Of a stretch of 64,000 bases of DNA, positions 12,530 through 25,914 are shown in pieces. Source of the stretch: Octopus vulgaris (Eukaryota); the NCBI GenBank assembly GCA_951406725.2, contig OX597824.1, positions 63,302,001-63,366,000 on the forward strand. Reading direction: 5' to 3'. Within the stretch, counting starts at the first letter, position 1; each line of letters opens with the position of its first letter. The notes under the pieces were generated by a model that was given only the letters and a program-made list of their open reading frames with translations, had not been told where the DNA came from and did not search any database. The position numbers and the translations under genes are program-made.

Positions 12530-13500
12530 TACACACGGAAAGCATTGATGAACTTCCGTCCATGCAGGAAATGAGCCATGGTTCAGAGAAGGTGGTAATC
12601 TTATGGTGCAAGGTCTGGACTTTAGGTAGGGTGTGGCAGGATTTCCAGTCCTTCAAGTTTGCGCTTGATCACATTGGCAATGTATACTGCTGCAATACTG
12701 GAGAAGTGTGCGTCTACGAATGACCAATACCGAATAGTATAATTGCTGCAGTTGTTGGTCATAAAGTTTAGCTTTCATAACATAACCATCTGGGACAACC
12801 TCAAACTGTAACACCCTTCCGAAATTCAACCAAACATACAACATTGCCTTCTATTCAAACCATCCTTGTTTGACAACAGGTTCTGCAGCCTGTCCGGAAC
12901 GAGGCTACCAGCAGTTGCTTGCAAATGTTCATGTTACTGAGCCTGGTCATTGGTCAGTTCATGAGGAACTTCTTGACTGCATCTATTCACAAGGCCAAAC
13001 GTATGCAGGTGGAAGTCATTGGTACTTTGTAAAGGACCAAGCTCTGCTGACAATTTGCGAGTGTTTGAGCTTGACTGTTGGTCAATCATTTCAAGCAAGG
13101 CTTCATCTTTCACAACAGAAGGTTTATTTGACCTTCATTTGTCTTTGAAACTGGTATCACCTTCTTTAAAAAATTTCTGAACCAGTTTGTGCCCACACGT
13201 TCGTTAACAGCTTTTGAGCCTTCCACATCATTAGTTTCTTTTGCCGCTGCCCTTGCACTCAGTACTTACTCTTACTCTTTACTCTTTTACTTGTTTCAGT
13301 CATTTGACTGTGGTCATGCTGGAGCACCGCCTTTAGTCGAGCAAATCGACCCCAGGACTTATTCTTTGGAAGCCTAGTACTTATTCTATCGATATCTTTT
13401 GCCGAACCGCTAAGTTACGTGGACGTAAACACACCTGCATCGGTTGTCAAGCGATGTTGGGGGACAAACACAGGCACACAAATATACACATACACACACA

Positions 13501-13590
<90 letters not shown>

Positions 13591-13815
13591 TTCGACGGGC
13601 TTCTTTCAGTTTCCGTCTACCAAATCCACTCACAAGGCTTTGGTCGGCTCGAGGCTATAGTAAAAGACACTTGCCCAAGGTGTCACGCTGTGCGACTGAA
13701 CCCGGAACCATGTGGTTCGTAAGCAAGCTACTTACAACACAGCCATTCCTACGCTATATTTCCTCTTGTCATGTAAAATGGGTCTAATTGTAATGCTTTT
13801 TCTCCACTCACTATC
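12530..13815 (-). pseudogene. Mariner (Tc1/mariner) transposase pseudogene interrupted by a SINE at 13262-13753
   Basis: LSARAAAKETNDVEGSKAVNERVGTNWFRNF/KEGDTSFKDK, EVPHELT (WVPHEL motif), MLYVWLNFGRVLQFEVVPDG, LPHPT*SPDLAP*DYHLL (YSPDLAPSD motif); many stops. Confidence 0.88.
13262..13753 (-). mobile_element. SINE family B, full length, with internal (TA)n(TG)n
   Basis: Reverse complement of 58876-59306; nested in the mariner. Confidence 0.9.
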
Positions 13816-14569
13816 AAAGCTGTAAAATAAATAACAAACAAATAATGTTTATATGTTATACATGAAAATAAAAAAGAAACATTTCAGCAACAATTGGTTA
13901 ACAAGTTGTATCAAATTAATGATATAACATATAGATACAAATTGACAACAGTTAAAATCTGATAAAACTTTTCTCAACCTGGTATATTCAGTAATGTAGT
14001 CACGGAAACCGGTTGGTTATGTCACAGATTTAAAAGTTCAGTTCCTTTACCGAAAGATTTCCTACACATGTATAGATGTATGAGTTTGTATATGTGTGGA
14101 TATGTGCTTCCACTTGTGTGAATGTCTATGTGTATGTGTGGTGTATGTGATGGAAGAAATATTGTACCGTAATAATAAATTTCTGAAAAGTTGGGTCTGC
14201 AATACAAATTCGATTTCAGGTTAAGCTATTTTGGAAGGTGTGGTAATTCGGGAAACCCTGCAAACGAAAGAACTGGCCCCTAAATACAAGAGAGAGGAAA
14301 AGCCACAACCAGCTGTTAGTCCTCGACTACCTTGTAACAGAAACAGTATGAAATCAATGTGTGATTATGTAATTGTACAGTTATTGTATGTTTAAGCTTC
14401 AGCTTCTACTTTGTATATCACTGTATGTGTTTGTTTGTGTTACTTTCTTTCCCACACATGTGTGTGGGGGAGGGAGTGCGCGCGTACATGATAATTCCTC
14501 TTCAAACCAAGAGTTCCAGCTAAATATAAAGGAATAAGAGATAAATATAAACCCAATAAGAATAAAGAT

Positions 14570-14814
14570 TGCATCATCATCACCCACTCATCATCATCAT
14601 CTGCAGCAGTATCATTATCTTCACCATTATCGTCATCAATAACATCATCGTCGTCATCATAAACAACAACAACAACACCAGCAACAAACCCACAGTAATA
14701 AATAATCGATATCAACAGAAAGAAATACAGCATAACAAAAATAGCAACAAAAAACAAAAACTGCAACACAACGTCATCACTTCATCATCATCATTATCGT
14801 CCTCATCATCATCA

Positions 14815-14888
<74 letters not shown>

Positions 14889-15250
14889 GTCCTCATCATC
14901 ATCATCGTCGTCACCGTCATCATCATCATCATCATCAACAACAACATCAAATACCATATTGCCTGCATCACTACCACCACCTCAACAATAGCAGTAACGA
15001 CGGCGTTGGGCAACGACATAAAACACCAAAAGTAAATAACAACAAGAACAACAACAGCTGGAACAGCTACAACAAGGATGCCAAATACCACTTAAGAAAC
15101 AAAGGCAATGAAACTCATCATCAAAATCTTCATCAGGCTCATTAACATTATCATCATCATCATCATCATTATCATCGTCATCATTATCAGCAGCAGAAAT
15201 AATCAAAATAACCATTATCATTATCAACAACAGCAGCAATAAAAACAACA
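14570..15250. repeat. (ATC)n/(AAC)n compound trinucleotide tract
   Basis: Seen directly. Confidence 0.9.
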
Positions 15251-15859
15251 GAGTCATTCCGCCAAAACCAGTTATCAGACGTACTACACACGCTTAATCA
15301 TGAACAATAAGGACACCCACCACAACAAAGACAACAACAAGCATTATGGCAATGAACGATGAAATACACCTACCCGATGTACTACCATAGTAACAACAAC
15401 AACAACACCTACAATAACAACAGTGAAAACCATGACGTCAAATGTAACTTCTAGCAGGTGGAATAGTCTGTTAAACTGATCGGAATAACATCACTGTATG
15501 TTTTATCAACGCCACTACCATCAGACGAAGTGTGTTGTTGAGATACCCCGGAACTGAATTCAGAGCGTTAAGAACTGCAAGAAACTCCACAAAATAATTT
15601 ATTGGACCAACACTATCACCATTATCCTAAATACACCTAACCACAATCCACAACAGCAACTATAACAGTTTCAAGTATAAGGACAGTCAAAAGCAATAAC
15701 TACACATATAAGCTTAAGAAGAACGAGAACAATAACTATAAGCAGGACAACAACTATAGACTCAACAATAACAGAAACAGCTGTAAACTCAACAAGAACA
15801 ATAGCGATAAGCTCAGCAACTAAAAACTTAACAAGAGCAACAATATCTGGTACTCAATC

Positions 15860-16140
15860 GGTTACGATGACAAGGCTTCCAGTTGATTCGATCAACGGAA
15901 CAGTCTGCTCGTGAAATGAGCGGGCAAATAACGGCTGAGCACTCCACAGACACGTAAACCCCTAATATAGTTCTCAGGTGGATTCAGCGAGACGCAGAGT
16001 GTGAAAAAGCTAGCCCTTTGAAATGCGGGTATTACTCTATTTTGGTCAGGTAAGTAAATTGAAGCAACGTGAAATAAAGTGTCTTAAGGATCTTACGATC
16101 TTGAGCCGCAAACCCTAACTACTGAGCCACGAGCCTTCAT
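15860..16140 (-). mobile_element. SINE family C (tRNA-like head, central tttcacgttgctccagtccactcagctg-type domain)
   Basis: Homologous in reverse orientation to 52610-52790; related pieces at about 17700-17830, 38130-38300 and 60870-61010. Confidence 0.65.
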
Positions 16141-16379
16141 ACAATAATATATGTAATCTCAACAACGACAGCAACTATTAACTCATCAGCAACAGCTGTA
16201 AGCTCCACCATGCCAATCCCGACAACCAAAACCTATAGCCACAAGTCAAACAAGGAACTAACACCAGGTTTTAGTTCCTTCCTGCAAAAAATGGTGGTCT
16301 AAAAGCTCTCATTCGAAGTATATTGAACGGATGATATAATTGTAAAAATCTCACCAAAAACTGGATGGCCATACACTTT

Positions 16380-16535
16380 AAGAGATGAGGAATTATATAC
16401 ATTATTTACATTTGAAGGATATTTGTCCTCATCTTGTTTGTTGTTAACACATTTCAGCTGACATACCCTCCAGCCTTCACCAAGTCTCTTGGGGAAATTT
16501 CGAACCTAGGTTCTCATTCCTAAGGTATCTTTCGA

Positions 16536-16597
<62 letters not shown>

Positions 16598-16767
16598 GAA
16601 CTCGGAATCTTGGGGTTAGTAGCCCGCGCTCTTAACCACTACGCCGGGCATATCGAAATTTCCCCAAGGCACCTGACGAAGGCTGGAGAGTATATCAGCC
16701 GAGACGTTGTGTTAACAGCAAACAAGATGATGACAAATATCCGTCAAATGTAAACAATGTAAATAAT
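16380..16767 (-). mobile_element. tRNA-headed SINE with hammerhead-containing tail plus inverted partial duplication of the tail
   Basis: Minus-strand head ggcgtagtggttaagagcgcgggctactaaccccaagattccgagttcga (16645-16596; A/B boxes), then (AAT)n, then body. 16398-16503 and 16653-16761 are inverted repeats. Confidence 0.75.
16668..16713 (+). ncRNA. Minimal type I hammerhead ribozyme motif (GAAA mutated to GAGA)
   Basis: ggcac-CTGACGA-a-ggctg-gagagtatat-cagcc-GAGA-cg-TT-gtgtt. The inverted copy (about 16447-16488, minus) retains GAAA but has TTGGTGA. Confidence 0.65.
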
Positions 16768-16869
16768 ATGGATGGCTATAGTTGGATTGCCTGTGGCTAA
16801 ACGATAGCTCAATAACAATATAAATATTGAAGAGAGCCTCTATATGGTTTGTGTACATGCTAAACATAG

Positions 16870-17102
16870 TACTCTTTAACTCTTTTACCCTTTTACTTAT
16901 TTCAGTCATTTGACTGTGGCCATGCTGGAACACCACCTTTAGTCGAGCAAATCGACCCCATGACTTATTCTTTGTAAGCCTAGTACTTATTCTATCGGTC
17001 TCTAAGTTACGGGGACGGAAACACACTACCATCGGTTGTCAAGCGATGTTGGGGGGGGGGACAAACACAGACACACAAACATATACACACCTACAATCAT
17101 AC

Positions 17103-17143
<41 letters not shown>

Positions 17144-17301
17144 CGACGGGCTTCTTTCAGTTTCCTTCTACCATATCCCCTCACAAGGCCTTGGTCGGCC
17201 CGAGGCTATAGTAGAAGACACTTGCTCAAGGTGCCATGCAGTGGGACTGAACCCGGAGCCATGTAGTTCGTAAGCAAGCTACTTACCACACGGCCACTCC
17301 T
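16870..17301 (-). mobile_element. SINE family B, full length
   Basis: Reverse complement of the family B consensus with internal microsatellite. Confidence 0.9.
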
Positions 17302-18009
17302 CTTTCAAATCAGACCTTATTCCTTCTTGGAAAGAAAAGATACATTAACACAATGGCTGATAAAAAAAGACTGGAGGGTCATGGGCAGAACGGTTTTATA
17401 ATTGGTGTCCTGGATCAGGACTGAGCTGAAACAAGACAATATAGCCATTGTTAACAGTACTACAACAAACACCACAGTCATTAACTGTGCCAAATCTACC
17501 AACAACCCATGAATGTATTACAAACTGTAAGCAGTAAAACCAGCCGTCATTAGCAAGCGAGAATGCCTTGATAATTTGTACCATGCTTTTGCTAATTATT
17601 TTAGGTACCAATGTAATTATGAAAAGACATAGACAACGTCTCGACCGTTCCCCCCTTGACTCATCTGAATACCCAGGATGTGAACCAGCACCCAGGTTTG
17701 TACCAGTACCCTGGCTGTTACTCATTTACAGCTGAGTAGACTGGGACAAAGTAAAATAATGTGTCTTGATTAAGGACAGAATACGATGTTCGGCGCAGAA
17801 ATCGAGCCTATGACCAGATCGTGAGACTAACACGTACTTTCCTAGCTACCCATATCCAACACCTTGAAAAAGGCATCACACATACCAGACCTACATCTTA
17901 CGTGGCCACCTTACGTAGCCACTTTAAACTCTTACAATTCGAGATGGCCACAGCTGAAATGTCTTTGATCATAATTCATTAGGATTGATTTACGTCTAAA
18001 TAACGACAG

Positions 18010-18850
18010 ACAACATTGCCTCCAAGTGAGGAAAGCGTGTCAATCGATTGATGTTTTATTTTAATGACTCCGGGGAGATGAGAGGTTTAGTTGACCGTAG
18101 CGAGATTTGAACTCAAAGCGTGATGACCCGGAACGAATAGAGCAAGGCATTGTAAAGATTCTGCCAATCCATGACCCTTATTAATTTAGAAATAAGACGC
18201 ATTTTCTAACTAGACAAAATACTTAGGGTATGCTGTTAGTTGATTATATTGACTACAGTTCTTGAGTGGTATTTTATTTCATCGTCCTAAGAAGGAAGAA
18301 AAGCAAGAACAACCTCCACAGGATTTGAACTCGGAGAGTCGGAACAAATACCGTGGGGCATTGTATCCAATCCGCTAACAACTCTGCCACGTCTTTTAAA
18401 AATTGTTTCTTATTTAGGAGCATGATAAAGGTAGTGAGACGATCATAACGTTGGCTCATTGGACAAAATGTTTAGTGACATATCTTCCGGCGCTTTCTGT
18501 TAGCTCAAACTTCGCTGAAGCTAACTTTGCCTTTCATCCTTTGGAGTAGATGAAATAAAGTACCAGTCAAGTACCAAGTTCAATGTAATCAACTAACTCT
18601 GATTCCCTAATACTGCAAGTCGGGTGGCGAATTTTGAAATTATTTAGGGATACAATCAGCCACTTTTATGGAAAATAGCTAGGCAATCGCAATGACATGA
18701 TTTCTTGGCTAGTATTGTATTTTCTCCGCCTAGGAGGTATAAACAGCAAAGTGAACCAGGCCAAGATTTGAAACCAGAACGTAAAGTGCCGAAACAAATA
18801 CTGCGACGCACTGCGTCCGAAACTCTACCAATTCAGCCAATCTGCAAGCC
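18010..18850. mobile_element. Degenerate SINE family A copies in alternating orientations
   Basis: gatttgaactc...ctgcca (minus) at about 18100, 18320 and 18760; actttgcctttcatcc...gatgaaataaagtaccagt (plus) at about 18520. Confidence 0.6.
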
Positions 18851-18894
18851 TAAAAAGATTAATAACATTACCAACAGGATTGAGATGAGGGACC

Positions 18895-18961
<67 letters not shown>

Positions 18962-19022
18962 ATATATACGTATGTATGTACGTATGTACGTACGTATGTA
19001 TGTATGTATGTATGTATGTATG

Positions 19023-19054
<32 letters not shown>

Positions 19055-19106
19055 AAAGTAAAGGTAGAAAATGCTAGAAAATGCTAAAATAATTTAAAAA
19101 CCATTT

Positions 19107-19142
19107 CAGTACCGGTTTCAGCCATTGAGACTTTTTCAACTG
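19107..19142 (-). ncRNA. Minimal type I hammerhead ribozyme, U3-A8 core variant
   Basis: Minus strand: cag-TTGAAAA-agtc-tcaat-ggct-GAAA-ccgg-TA-ctg; stem I cag/ctg, stem II agtc/ggct, palindromic stem III, GUA cleavage triplet. Confidence 0.75.
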
Positions 19143-19529
19143 TAATTATCATAAACAAATAAATTTTGGGAAAAATTGAAAGAAAAGTTTTTTAAAAGAA
19201 TATTTTTCATAGTATTCAAATAGAAGGGCTATTTTCCTTCTTTCTGCCTGTCTCTGTCTCTTTCGTTTACTCTTGTGGTTCAAGGCCGTTGTGAATTCTT
19301 GGCTGGGAAGAAGAAGAAAAAGAAGAAGAAGAAGAAGAAGAAGAAGAAGAAGAAGAAGAAGAAGAAAAAGAAGAAAAAGAACAAGAACAAGAAGAACAAG
19401 AACAAGAACAAGAACAAGAACAAGAACAAGAAAAAGAAGAACAAGAAGAAAAGAAGAACAAGAAGAAGAAAAAGAACAAGGAAAAGAACAAGGAGGATGA
19501 AACCTTAGACACCATCCTTCAAACAGTCC

Positions 19530-20075
19530 CCTGCTAAAAAAGGACCACAGACTGAACTTGATCCTCCAAACACACACCATCATAAAAAGCAAGAGACAAC
19601 CCAAATCTATGAAAAGTCTCCTAGCACAAGCCCCAATACGCTCAACAACAGCACAGAAGCCGTTTGTAAAAAAAATGCAGAAGACCCAACTGTGAGATAT
19701 GCGTCAATTTAATTAAGGGATCACAGTTCTTCAAACTGGGACAACGTTTCACAGTGAAAAGCAGCTTCACATGTGCTTCGGTGAACCTGATATACGTAGT
19801 AACCTGCTCTGGGTGTCAAGAGCAATACATAGGCCAAACACAAAACAGTCTACGTAAAAGTATGGCTCTGCACAGATCCCTGATCTAAATTCCGCAAAGC
19901 AGAAAAATAGCATTCAGCAAATACATCGACATTTGCGCCAATAACAAAAATCCAAGCTTCAGAATTTTTCCCCTCTACCAATTCAGGGACGATGCAGCCT
20001 GTAGCCAACGAATTAGTAAAGAGACTCACTTTATGACAAAATACAGGCCACTTTTGAACGTATCTACAACAAACG
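19530..20075 (+). pseudogene. Penelope ORF C-terminus (linker + GIY-YIG endonuclease), frameshift and stop
   Basis: IIKSKRQPKSMKSLL.../KCRRPNCEICVNLIKGSQFFKLGQRFTVKSSFTCASVNLIYVVTCSGCQEQYIGQTQNSLRKSMALHRSLI*...FRIFPLYQ...RISKETHFMTKYRPLLN; colinear with 7753-8170. Confidence 0.9.
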
Positions 20076-20715
20076 ACATATCCACAACGGCCTTCGAATA
20101 ACATAAACACACACACAAATATTAAAAATGATACACTCAAGAGATTCCCAACAATTCATTAAAAAACAGTCCCAATCACCGCTATAATCCATAACGAACT
20201 ACTTTTAGTTCATTTTATCATTTAACATCCTACTACTATCATTCCTTTCTTATTCTCCCTTCTCTTTCTCCTTTTTCTTCTTCGTCTTCTTCCCCCCGCC
20301 ACCTCCTTCCTAACTTTACCATTATTGCTGTTTAGAATAACATCTACGCAAATATTATAAACAATACATTCAAAAGAGATGTCTCAAGAATTTAATCACT
20401 ACTACCATCCACAACAACTCACTTTTAGGGCACTTGACTATTTAACATCCTACTACTATCATTGCACTCCCACATTCTTCTTCTTCTCCTCCTCCTTCTT
20501 TTTCTTATTCTTCTTATTCTTCTTTTTCTTTTTCTTTTTCTTCTTCTTTTACTTCTCCTTCTTCTCCCCTGCCAAGAATTCACAATGACCTCGAACCCAC
20601 AAGAGTAAACAAGAGAGACAGAGACAGACAGTATGAAGGAAAATGCCCCTTGTATTTGAATACTATTCAAAATTTCTTTTAAATTTTCCAAATATTTTTT
20701 TGTTTTCCATACTTA

Positions 20716-20751
20716 CAGTTAAAAATGTCTCAATGACTGAAACCGGTACTG
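20716..20751 (+). ncRNA. Second, mutated copy of the pLTR hammerhead
   Basis: cag-TTAAAAA-tgtc-tcaat-gact-GAAA-ccgg-TA-ctg; the G5>A change is probably inactivating. Confidence 0.55.
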
Positions 20752-20934
20752 AAATGTTTTTTTATAAAATTATTTTAGCATTTTCTCCCTTGATTTTTTT
20801 TCTTCCAACTCGTGTATTCCTTTTCAACCTTTTACACACACACACACATATATATAATAAGTTGTTTTGTTAGAAATGGCAGCTGTATCTCCTTCAAATC
20901 ATAACGTACTGCCTTCATTGAGGAAGTATTAGAT

Positions 20935-21520
20935 CAGTGGTCATCAACCGGGGTCCATATGGCCCATGGGGTTCCGTATAAGATTTTGTTGTTATAACCA
21001 ATAAATTGGTTATATTTCTCCTATACGAAAAATATCGTGGCTGTGTGGTAAGAAGCTTGCTCCCCAATCACATGGCTCCGTGTTCAATCCCACTGCGTGA
21101 TACCTTGGGCAATTGTCTTCTTCTAGAGCCTCGCACGACCACAGCTTTGTGAGTGAATTTCATAGACGGAAACTGAAAGAAGCTTGTCAAATGTATATGT
21201 ATATATTTATGTGTGTGTGTTGTGTCTGTGTCCCTCTCCCCCGGCCGTCGCTTGACAAAATAAGGACGATAGAATAAGTACTAGGCATACAATGAATAAG
21301 TCCCGGGGTCGAGTTCTTCGCCTAAAACCCTTTAAGGCGGTGCTCCAGCATGGCCGTAGTCAGATGACTGAAACAAGTAAAAGAGTAGAAGCGGATAAAA
21401 ATAATATTTAGTTAGAAAAATATAATGGTTTTCAGACATGGATGGTTGTGAGAGTCACCAACTCCTTAGCAAAATAGGAATCGAAGGGGTCTACATCCAA
21501 ACACTGGTTGAGAACCATTG
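20935..21520. mobile_element. hAT (Charlie-like) MITE with 8-bp TSD, containing a nested SINE B (about 21035-21390)
   Basis: TIRs cagtggtcatcaacc / ggttgagaaccattg; flanks tattagat / cattagat (8-bp TSD, 1 mismatch). Confidence 0.85.
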
Positions 21521-21659
21521 CATTAGATAATGTTATGCGGCATAACTCCACTCCCGCGAAAACGAAAACAAGGATCAGATGGTGACGTTTGCTATGTCTG
21601 TGATCAATGTCTGCTCGACCAGAGTTGACCTGAGGCTAACCAACAACAGCTATAGCTAC

Positions 21660-22075
<416 letters not shown>

Positions 22076-22236
22076 AATGTAAGCCAGTTAGACAAATTGC
22101 AGTCACAACGAACTGAAAATAACTTGGACAGTGTCTGTGTTATCTTATCAATTCTAGAACAGTATTAACTTAGATGTTTCTTAGATATTTCTATGTCTGT
22201 CTGTATATATCTCTCTCTCGCTCTTTCTCTCTCTCG

Positions 22237-22274
<38 letters not shown>

Positions 22275-22401
22275 CTCGCTCTCCCTCTTTCATCTATGCA
22301 TGTGTGTTTGATTGCGCGCACGTGTGCGTGTGTATGTGCGTGTGTGTGTGTGTTTACATATATATGTACACACATACACACGCACGCACACGCACACACA
22401 T

Positions 22402-22495
<94 letters not shown>

Positions 22496-22853
22496 ATGTA
22501 TATGTATATATAGTAAAAGAAAGAGGCCAGTCAAAAAGCAGATTTAGAGAAATATGTGTGTGCATATATATATATATATATATAGGTGTGTGCGCGTGTG
22601 TTTATGTACGCTTGTATGTATGTATGTATGTATGTATGTATGTATGTATGTATCTATATGTATGCATGTAAGTATAAGAAAGTATGCATGTGTGTCTGCA
22701 GAGTGAAAGAGAGAGACTGTGAAAGAGAGAGACTGTGAGAGAGAATACTGGATAATTTCAATTAACGCTAATTAACCAGTATCTATATATTTATATAGTT
22801 GCCTGCAATATAATACGTATGTATGTATTTATACGTATATGTGCTTGTATGTG

Positions 22854-22888
<35 letters not shown>

Positions 22889-22924
22889 GTGACTGTGCAT
22901 TTGTGTATGTATATATATGTATAA

Positions 22925-22959
<35 letters not shown>

Positions 22960-22968
<9 letters not shown>

Positions 22969-23311
22969 AAATCCGTTCTGTCTGTCCGTGTGTGTGACTA
23001 CTAGGATCTCGGACATCCTCCATCCGATTGCGCTCAAATTTGATATGTAGATACCGACGGTATTAGGACGTGTATAAGTCTTGAAGAAATTACAAAAATC
23101 GATTCCAGGTGAGAATGCGATCGATAAAGCCGTTTGGAATAGAAAAAAAGGCTATCTTCTTTTGTTGGTGTCTCAAATTTAAGTTAAATCAATGTTTCTC
23201 AAAGGGGAGGCCTATGGGGCAGTCGGATAAGTTGTTTTGAGAAAATTTGGTTTAAATGTTTGACAACTCTGCACCGTCCATTGGACGGAGGGCGGGGGCC
23301 TTTTGCCCGTG

Positions 23312-23312
<1 letters not shown>
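22960..23312 (+). mobile_element. Helitron-like non-autonomous element (partial)
   Basis: tatataaaatccgttctgtctgtccgtgtgtgtgact...ccgattgcgctcaaatttg is similar in style to the 5' end of the Helitron at 54575-55083. GC-rich hairpin-like end; no terminal CTAG. Confidence 0.45.
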
Positions 23313-23376
<64 letters not shown>

Positions 23377-23734
23377 CATGTATGTATATAACTTTATTGA
23401 AGCTCAAATACTAAACAAGGTGTTGCTACTCCGAGTTGAATTGTATATCATCAATCGTCGGACATCGTAGGGCTGTTGTTAAAGCAAAAGATATTTAAGA
23501 ATTGCAGAAGGCGTAGTTTCAAACACTTCGATATCATTCATATTTTACTATTGAGTAACGAAGCACTAGATTTTACCAACATCTTCATATCTATTAATAC
23601 TTTGGACAACAACATTATTCTTCATGCCAAAAATCATTTTTAACACGTGTTTTCGAAGCAATAGTATACATGCTTTCATCCACTTTATATGCCTTCATTA
23701 ACCTGTGTTAATTTTGTGACCCTTTAAAATGGAA

Positions 23735-24090
23735 GATAAGAAAGTTCATTTTCGGCACGTGATGCTTTGGGAACCAGACAAAAGTTGCTGCAGCTCGGCA
23801 GGGATGTGTTACCCCACCCTCCATATTCACTAGATATAGTTCCTTCGAATTTCCATTTATTCAGGTCTCTGCAGAATAGTCTTAATGGTAAAAATTTCAA
23901 TTGCTTGGATGACGTGAAATGATACCTTGATGAATTCTTTGCCATGAACCCACCTCAGTTCTGGGAAGGGGGTATTTTCAAGTTAAAGGAAAGATGGAGG
24001 CGCATTGTGCAACAAAATGATTCATATTTGGTTGATTTAAAATGTAATGGCAAATATTTATTGACCTTTTTCTTTCCGGACAACCCAATA
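23735..24090 (+). pseudogene. Mariner transposase 3' fragment with right TIR
   Basis: LGRDVLPHPPYSLDIVPSNFHLFRSLQNSLNGKNF...FWEGGIFKLKERWRRIVQQNDSYLVD; ends ttccggacaacccaa-TA. Confidence 0.9.
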
Positions 24091-24958
24091 TTTATATTTA
24101 TGTTTGGAGATGGGTCATGAAGGATTTTTTCTGTTTGGCTGCACCTGTGGAAATTTTTTATTTTTTAAATTTGGTGTGATGATGAAATTTTCCATCATGG
24201 ATTTCACTTTTTCTAAAAGATTTTTTTGTAAAATTACAGAGGTTTAAATTTTGTCAGAAAACAGGATTTGGATGTTGTCATTTTGTGCGTGATTGCACGT
24301 CTTGTCAACTGTAAACAAGTGAAATATTGACGGAATTCTGCTTCACGCATGCAATTTAACCACTCATACCTTTTATTTTATTTTTTTGAGTTTTCAGAAA
24401 ATTTTTGCGAATTTGTATTCTACGCACGGAAATCCACACAATTTTGCAACCCCTTCACAAAACAAAATTGGTGAATGATTTAAGACCTATTTAGCTGTTA
24501 TTTTCATCATATCTCACGAACACTTCATACTTCATGTGTTTTAAATATTTAATAAGTTAAAAAGTAACCACGTGGGTAAGCAGCTTGTTAGTATGGAAAA
24601 AGCCACTTATATGTCTGTGGCTTTCGATTGGCTCAAATTAACCAAAATTTGCAAACTTTAAAAGTTGTTAACACTTTATTTACTGATTTATGGCAAAAAA
24701 TGAATTTCATGTCAGTGATTACCATAAAAACTATATCAAAACACCAAAAATGAAATCAATTGGAACAAATTTGAAGAAATTGAGAAGTGTCAGCCAAAGA
24801 GAAGAGATTCCATATGAAATATATATTTCGTCTTCTGTTTAATTTATTATCATTATCAGTAAATTTGTAAAAGATCTTTCGTCAGACATTCTTTGGTATC
24901 TTCAACGATTTTCTGTTCCCCTGTCTCTTCTTGTCAGGTCTATTCCATTTTCTGCAGC

Positions 24959-25033
<75 letters not shown>

Positions 25034-25244
25034 GGAAGAGATAAAGGCAGACAGACAGAAAAAGATGCATGTATGGTCCTCTTTACTCTTTTTCATGCAT
25101 GCGCGCGGCACACACACACACATACATACATAAATATATATGTATATATACACACATATACACATACACACATACATATATAGTTTGATAATTGTTAATA
25201 CACGAAACTTTCAGCCCTTGAGTAACTATTGCGTTTGCTATACA

Positions 25245-25290
<46 letters not shown>

Positions 25291-25348
25291 TATACACGCA
25301 CACACATACGCCCATCTATTTAGGTAACTATCTTTCCATCTCCGCTGG

Positions 25349-25434
<86 letters not shown>

Positions 25435-25914
25435 CTCGTGCGCACATCTACACCTACAAAGAGACGCACACGGAATTCTAAACAGCAATACCAAGTTGTA
25501 TACGCAAAAAATGCGCTGGAACTTTCTTCCTCTCTTCTCTCACACGGCAGAACAACTACCTCAGCCATTGCTACTACTACCACTACTCCCGCCGCTACTG
25601 TTGCTACTGCTGCTGGTGCTGATGGTGCTGCTGTTTTTACTACGGTAACCAGAGAGAACATCACCGCCTTCTACTATCTACTGAAACTATAGTAACACAT
25701 CCACTATTGCTAGTACCACCCCATCATCATCATCACCATCATCATTATGAGCTTGCTGCTGCAAGTGCTGCCGTTTGTGGTGCTGTCTATATTATTGTTA
25801 CAGTCACGGTTGCTACAGCTGAGCAGTAGTCACACCGTCTTCAAGAGCAGCAGCAGCAGCGGCAGCAGCCACAGCAGTCGCGTCTGTCACTTCTACCGCT
25901 GCTGCTAAAGGTAA

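Larger units (their letters stand above)
19076..20786 (+). mobile_element. 5'-truncated Penelope-like element with inverted pseudo-LTRs
   Basis: 19076-~19320 is the reverse complement of ~20555-20786, and the two flank a GIY-YIG coding remnant; classic PLE inverted-pLTR arrangement. Confidence 0.88.

Noticed and set aside
16596-16645. tRNA gene
   Set aside because: Only a partial tRNA-like head with no acceptor-stem 3' half; it runs into (AAT)n and the SINE body.
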